Shown here: in pieces, positions 51,987 through 64,000 of the stretch
How the letters are laid out: each line of letters starts with the position of its first letter
Position numbering within the stretch: position 1 is the first letter of the stretch
NCBI RefSeq assembly: GCF_009914755.1
Contig: NC_060941.1
DNA length: 64,000 nt
Direction: 5' to 3' (one strand)
Source: the human T2T-CHM13v2.0 reference genome, Homo sapiens
Program-made: the position numbers and the translations under genes
Notes under the pieces: model-generated
Told to the model about the DNA's origin: nothing
The model's input: the letters and a program-made list of their open reading frames with translations, nothing else
Database searches by the model: none

Positions 51987-53027
51987 TCCCCAGAATGCCC
52001 CCTGCGTGTCTTAGCATGGAACATGTTGCATAACACCAGCCCCAGAGCTAAACACACAGGCTGGGACTGGTGGAAGCACCACCACAGCAGCGGCAAAGAC
52101 TGGGATTAGAGCTGAGTCTCTCCTCCCAGATCAAGGGATTCTCTTTAAGCACCTACTATGTGCCTGGCAGGCACTGAGATTCATCTGTATCTGAGAATAC
52201 AGAATAGAATCAGAAATGATGTTTCCTAGACTCAGCTGTCTGCACAGGCAATTTGGTCTCTTGTGAAAGGAGGTATGTAGGGATAGGATGGGGGTTTCTG
52301 TGACCACAGTCTCCCCTGTAGCTTGAACTTGAAGAAAAGGCCGCAAGGTCATCTTATCCAGTCCCCTGCCTGCAAACCTTTAAAGGCAAGAATTCTCTGA
52401 CAAATGTCCAGGAAAGAAGATCCTGCAGCCTCCCTTATGGTGAATGCCCCTGTCTCCTTGTTCTAATGTCCAGCCTCAATTCCTATTCCTGCAGTTTCAA
52501 TTCCTTCCTCTTGCCCAGGGCTCAGTGGAAGCAGAGTCCATGGGCTGCCAAAAACACATATGGGTAACTCAACCTTGCAGCTTGCTAGTGCTTCAGAGTA
52601 GAGAATATAAGGGTACCACATGGCCCATCTCAAGCTGCTGCAGAGACAGAAGTAACTGGCGCAGAGAGGTTCAGTGAGGGATTGGTGGGAGGGAGGCTCT
52701 TTTCTAGGGGAGGGTGCACACCATCAGCCAGTGTCCAGGACCACCAGGCCACCGTCCTCTCCTTATCTCACAACCCCCCTCATCTTCCACGAGGCCTCTG
52801 GGCCATACAAGGAGATGGAAGAGTTTCTGTTCTCCATTCAAACACAGTCCTTAGGGCCGGGCACAGTGGCTCATGCCTGTAATCCCAGCACTTTGGGAGG
52901 CCGAGGCGGGTGGATCATCCAAGGTCGGAAGTTCGAGACCAGCCTGACCAACACAGAGAGACCCCATCTCTACTAAAAATACAAAAAATTAGCTGGGCGT
53001 GGTGGCACACACCTGTAATCCCAGCTA

Positions 53028-53177
<150 letters not shown>

Positions 53178-53326
53178 CTATGGGGGCCTTTTCCCCAGAG
53201 ACAGGTAGAAATTTAGACGTACACAAGCCACACACACACACACACACACACAACCTTCTATGCTCACACCTCAGGGATATACACTTGTGGGTGCAGATTC
53301 AGACACACAAACACCAGCTTTCTCTA

Positions 53327-53335
53327 ATACACGCG

Positions 53336-53382
<47 letters not shown>
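53327..53382. repeat. (CG)n(CA)n alternating purine-pyrimidine microsatellite
   Basis: acacgcgcgcgcgcgcacacac...; a second (CA)n lies at ~53229-53252. Confidence 0.95.
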
Positions 53383-53386
<4 letters not shown>

Positions 53387-53823
53387 CTTCCTGCCTCTTC
53401 AGCCTCAGGTAGCCTAAGACATAACCACTTCTATAAAGGGGAGCCCAGGGTGACCAGCTGGGTTGCCAAACTTCAGGCTGATGATGGTACCTTTTCATCA
53501 CCCAGTAGCCTCTTCCCCGCGCTTTGCAGCAGCAGAAAAGGAAATCACACAACGGGAGGTTCTTCCCGGATGGCAGACTTGAAAGAAAGGCAATGCAGAA
53601 AGCTAGAGGCACCTTGGGTATGAGCCATCTCTCAGCCCAGGGACAAAGCCAGCCTTTTTTTTTTTTTTTTTTTTTTCTCAGAGACAGGGTCTCACTCTGC
53701 TGCCAGAACTGGAGTGCAGTGGCGAAATCACAGCTCACTGCAGCCTCAACCTCCTGGGCTCAAGGGATCCCCTAGCCTCAGCCTCCTGAGTAGCTGACCA
53801 CAGCCGCTACCACACCCAGCTAA

Positions 53824-54133
<310 letters not shown>

Positions 54134-54833
54134 TAGCCGGGACTACAGGCACGTGCCACCATGCCTGGCTAATTTTTTGTTTTTTTTTTCTCAGTAGAGA
54201 CGGGGTTTCACAGTGTTAGCCAGGATGGTCTCGATCTCCTGACCTCGTCATCCGCCTGTCTCGGCCTCCCAAAGTGCTGGAATTACAGGCCTGAACCACC
54301 ATGCCTGGCCGATCCTGGCCTTTAAAAGGCCTCCACTCTGGCCCTCCTGGGGTTGCCCCCTCCACACAGGGGCAAAGGGACAGAGGAGCCTACATGGACT
54401 TCACATTCCTTCTAGACCACACTCCAGGGACCAGCACCAGAAACTCTGGAATTTCTGCCCAACACTGACCCTACTTTCCAGGCCTGCAGGTCGCTGACTC
54501 TGGTCCTTCTCCCCAGGAGCAGCGGCACCAGTGCTACTGTGCATGGACACACTTGGGCCAAACTAGGGACATGACAAAGGGCAGTTATTGCTGGGGTGGG
54601 GAGATAGAGGCAGCATGGATGCGCGCTAGGAAATCTCCATGCAAGGGCTGGAGGACCTTGTGGCGCAGGCAGAGCCAGAGGTGCTGAGGAAAGGGAAATA
54701 GTCCAGGCCCTGGCTGGGGGCCAGGGAGGAGCCGTTCTCCATGGGGCTGCCATGCCCTGACACAGTGAGAACTTGGGACTCCATCATGGACTTTCAGGTC
54801 ATCGCGGGGGTGCAACTGTCAAGGTATATCTGA

Positions 54834-55502
<669 letters not shown>

Positions 55503-57400
55503 TAATTACAGATGTAGCTCCAGCGACACTTCACTGCAAGGCGTGTGGGTGGGGATGGAATGTCAGAAGGAAAACAGGAGACAAGAAAACAGAGATAGGA
55601 CGGGCCAGAAATAGTACAGGCCAGGGTGAGATAGCAGCGGCCAGTGGTGGTGGAGGGAGAGGCTGGAGGAGGGTCTGTCGAAACCTCTCCAGAGAATGCC
55701 TGTCCCAGGCTGCCCCTCCTTATTCACCCCAAGCCCCGCAAGTTGAAACTCCAGGACCGGTGGCATCTAGATCGGGCTCCAGAGCTGGTTCACCAACTCT
55801 CTAAGCAACACCCTCCTCCTGAGTGGGGAGGGGTAGCCGAGCCTTTGCGACCTGAGTCACCCGCTTCCTGCTCCTGGTCTGGGCGACTCCACGCACAGGC
55901 TGACACAGCTGGGGCCCCACCTGCCCTGCCAGCCTGCCCCGCTCCTCCCTCTTTCCACAAGCCAGGAGAGATGCCTGCCCTGACAAGGCATGCTTCCCAC
56001 GGAGAGGCCATCCCTCTCACGCGCACACACGGCTGGAGGCAGCCATTTCTCCCTGACCTGTGGAGAGCCTTGGGAAGAGGAAGAAGGCATAGTCTAAGCG
56101 GAGCCCCCTTTTCCCTGCATCTATGAAGAAACTGCGGCTGGAGCCAGGAGAGGGACTTCCCCAAGATCACACAAGAAAATTCCTGGCAGGGCTGGGACTT
56201 GAACCTTGGTCTTCTGCCAGCCAGTTCACCTCCCCCACCAATGTAGGTCTCTTTCCACCCCAAGGAAGGCAAAGACGGGCTGCAGTCAGGGAGGAGACGA
56301 GAACCAATTTTGCCAGCTTGATTTTGTCAGCTCGGAGGTGTGACCCCAGGAAAACCTTGGAGTTAGACAGCCAGGGCTGGGGGAGGGGGTGGCTCTGGGT
56401 GGTCCGAGACTCAGGCCTTACTTCCCCTAAGCCGACCAGCGGATGGCACCACCTAGAGCCTCTAGCCATCAATTATGCAAACAGACCCTTCCCCACCCCC
56501 GCCTCTCGCCCTCCGGCCCTCTCTGCTTCCCAGGTCTTTAAGCGCTGGACTCCACCTGGCTGAGAACTGGGACAGGACTCAGCGGCCCCTGGCCTTGTAC
56601 TTTCATCCCATCTTTCCCAGTCCCATCCCACGGCCCCCAGGGAATTTGAGAGTTGAGATCCTTGAATATTTCATCAGCACTTCAGCCTCCAGTGGAAGCA
56701 GCAGCCAACTTACATCTCCTGGAGCATTTATGGCCCCAACAGAGAACCTGGAAGTAGCCAGGGGGAGGGGTGGGTGCATGGGGGAGGGTGAAGCTTGGGC
56801 CAGGCTGCCAATAAGGGTTGATGGAGAAGAAGGCTGCCGGGTCCAAAGTGTGTGTGAGCTGGGGGAAAGGGGCTCCAAAGCCGGGAACATTTCCGTGTTT
56901 GAGGATACAGATGTATTTTAAAATAAATAAACAAAATGGAGTTATCAAAACAATTATGCGCAAGGTTAAAGTCATATGACAGGGTTTTCTGACTTCAGTC
57001 CTGCCCCTGTCTCGTGACTGGGTTTATAACCTCATCCGGAGATAAGGTAAAAAATTTTAATGGGAGCTTTTTTTTTTTTAGGGCTGTGAGGCCCTCAAAT
57101 GACCCCCTACTGCCTGGGGCCAGGGAGGAAAGGCCAAATTCTCCAGCTACATTGGCTGAAACTTGCCCCTTCCCAGCCTCCTCCTCCAGGAAGGTCAGGA
57201 GGATTTAGCCCAGTAGTCAAGGAAAAATAAAGTAATTTGGCTTAGCTACCCCTTATTTCACCCCAGAAACACAATATCACACTTTTCTTCTGAAAAGAAA
57301 GGTGAAAAGGGTGACCTCAAATGGAAAATGTCAAGTTCTCTTGGCCTCTTCTTTGCACATGACCTCACTTAGTAAGTTCTTCTGGAGAGCGAAAGGATCA

Positions 57401-58642
<1,242 letters not shown>

Positions 58643-59160
58643 TACAGTATATGCATGTGGAGGGAAGGGTAAACAACCTTATCCTCCAAGTTATCTGTTT
58701 CCCCACCTGAGTCACAGGCATGAGGTATTCCCATCCCAAGGGCTGTTTGCGGGACAGAAGAGATGCTATCCAGGAACGTTGGCGCCAGCTGGGACCCAGG
58801 CAGGCAGTGATTATGCAGTGGTGTGTCCATAGGTCAGACCTGGGGTTTGGGATGGGGCCGGTACCAGGGGGCTGTCCCCAGCCCTCAGCACACTCCCATC
58901 TAATTCCCAAGTCATCTTGGAACTTGTGAAGGGAGCTGGGCAGGGCTGCGCCAGCCTAGCTTAGAGTGAGCCTCAGCCCTGGGGGCCCAACCCAGACTCT
59001 CTGGGCCTCTGTTTCCCCATCCACAAAATGGAAGCCATCTATCTGCCAGGGTTGTCCTTAGAGACAAGATACAAGAGAAGGCCTGGAGCAAGGCCCCAGA
59101 ATGGGGAAACTGTCTAAGAGTTGAGTCCTGTGGCTGCCAGGATCTCCCCAGTCATGTTGA

Positions 59161-63143
<3,983 letters not shown>

Positions 63144-64000
63144 CCACATTCATGCATGCACGCAGGCAGGCACACATTCACACCCAGACCCGCACATTCA
63201 CGCAACACACAAGCACACGGGCACTTTCAGACCCACACCCAGCCGTCCAGATTCCAAAGCTTGTGCTCATGGCAGGTTCACGTCTGCGCAGACACGCCAC
63301 AGCACATCCCGCTCCCCACCCTCTGAAGGGCCAGCCCCTCCCAGAAACAGGGGCTGGGCCTTGGTGGACCTGACAACACTGCAGCTTGAAAGAGGTGGGG
63401 TGGGGCGGGGCCACCCTGCACCTGGAGGCGGTCAGGAAACGCTACCACTGCAGATGTGCTTCCCCGGAAGACCCACCTATGGGAGGAAGGAGTGAGGTCA
63501 CTGAGCCCCCAGCCTTGACCCAGCCCTTTTTCCAGACTCAGACTCTGCCCTTTCAGCTCTCATCCCGATCAAAGGCCTAGGGGAGGGGCTTGGAGTGGGA
63601 CAGGGAGTCCTCCTAGGAACAGAGGTGGACAGGGCCCAGGCCAGATCACCTGGCACATCTGGAGAGAAAGTAGGGGTGGGGCAGTGAGAACTTGGCTTCC
63701 CAGCCTTGACTCTACCTTCAAGTGGGAAGACAACTCTGCCGCCCTGCCCCCGGGAGGCTGGAAATATGGGGCAGAACTGTCACCTGGCTGGCCTTGGCCC
63801 TGGGTTCCTCCCAGACAGACCCCCTTTGCCCCCACCTCCCTGCTGTGGAATAGGGGTGGGGTTTGGCGGTGAGTCCCAGGCTAGGAGGTAGCCACCAGGC
63901 ACCATCGTTGCCTGCACACCCTGCACACCGGGACCCACTGCCCCTGGGAGCCCATGTAAAATCGGTCAAGAGGGATCTGGCTGTCCCACTGCACCCCAAG

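Noticed and set aside
63150-64000. Possible 3' end of the neighbouring gene (P3H4 expected nearby, from memory of the locus)
   Set aside because: No exon or poly(A) signal is recognisable inside the window.

Overview
Human genomic DNA (GC-rich and very Alu-dense) containing the complete JUP gene (junction plakoglobin / gamma-catenin; from memory, chr17q21.2) on the minus strand. The gene has a CpG-island promoter and non-coding exon 1 (~49121-49245), 13 coding exons (ATG 34389, stop 18288-18290) and a poly(A) signal at 17166-17171. The coding exons sum to 2238 nt = 745 aa + stop, and all introns are GT-AG. The flanks (1-17.1 kb and 49.5-64 kb) show no other supportable coding gene. They are mostly Alu, MIR, L2, old L1, LTR (MLT2, LTR33-like) and DNA transposon (MER47A, MER5A-like) sequence plus microsatellites. 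Most ORFs in the track are Alu- or GC-driven artefacts. I found no convincing new biological system. The best leads are: (1) phase-0 JUP exon blocks flanked by inverted Alus, whose circles would be stop-free and whose skipping would be in frame; (2) a tiny TSD-flanked non-Alu retro-insertion inside an Alu; (3) candidate muscle-type enhancers (CArG, MEF2); (4) alternative splice sites around exons 1, 2, 3 and 9; (5) a strong CTCF-like site; (6) the haplotype encodes Leu697. Repeat family names and boundaries are by eye and approximate.
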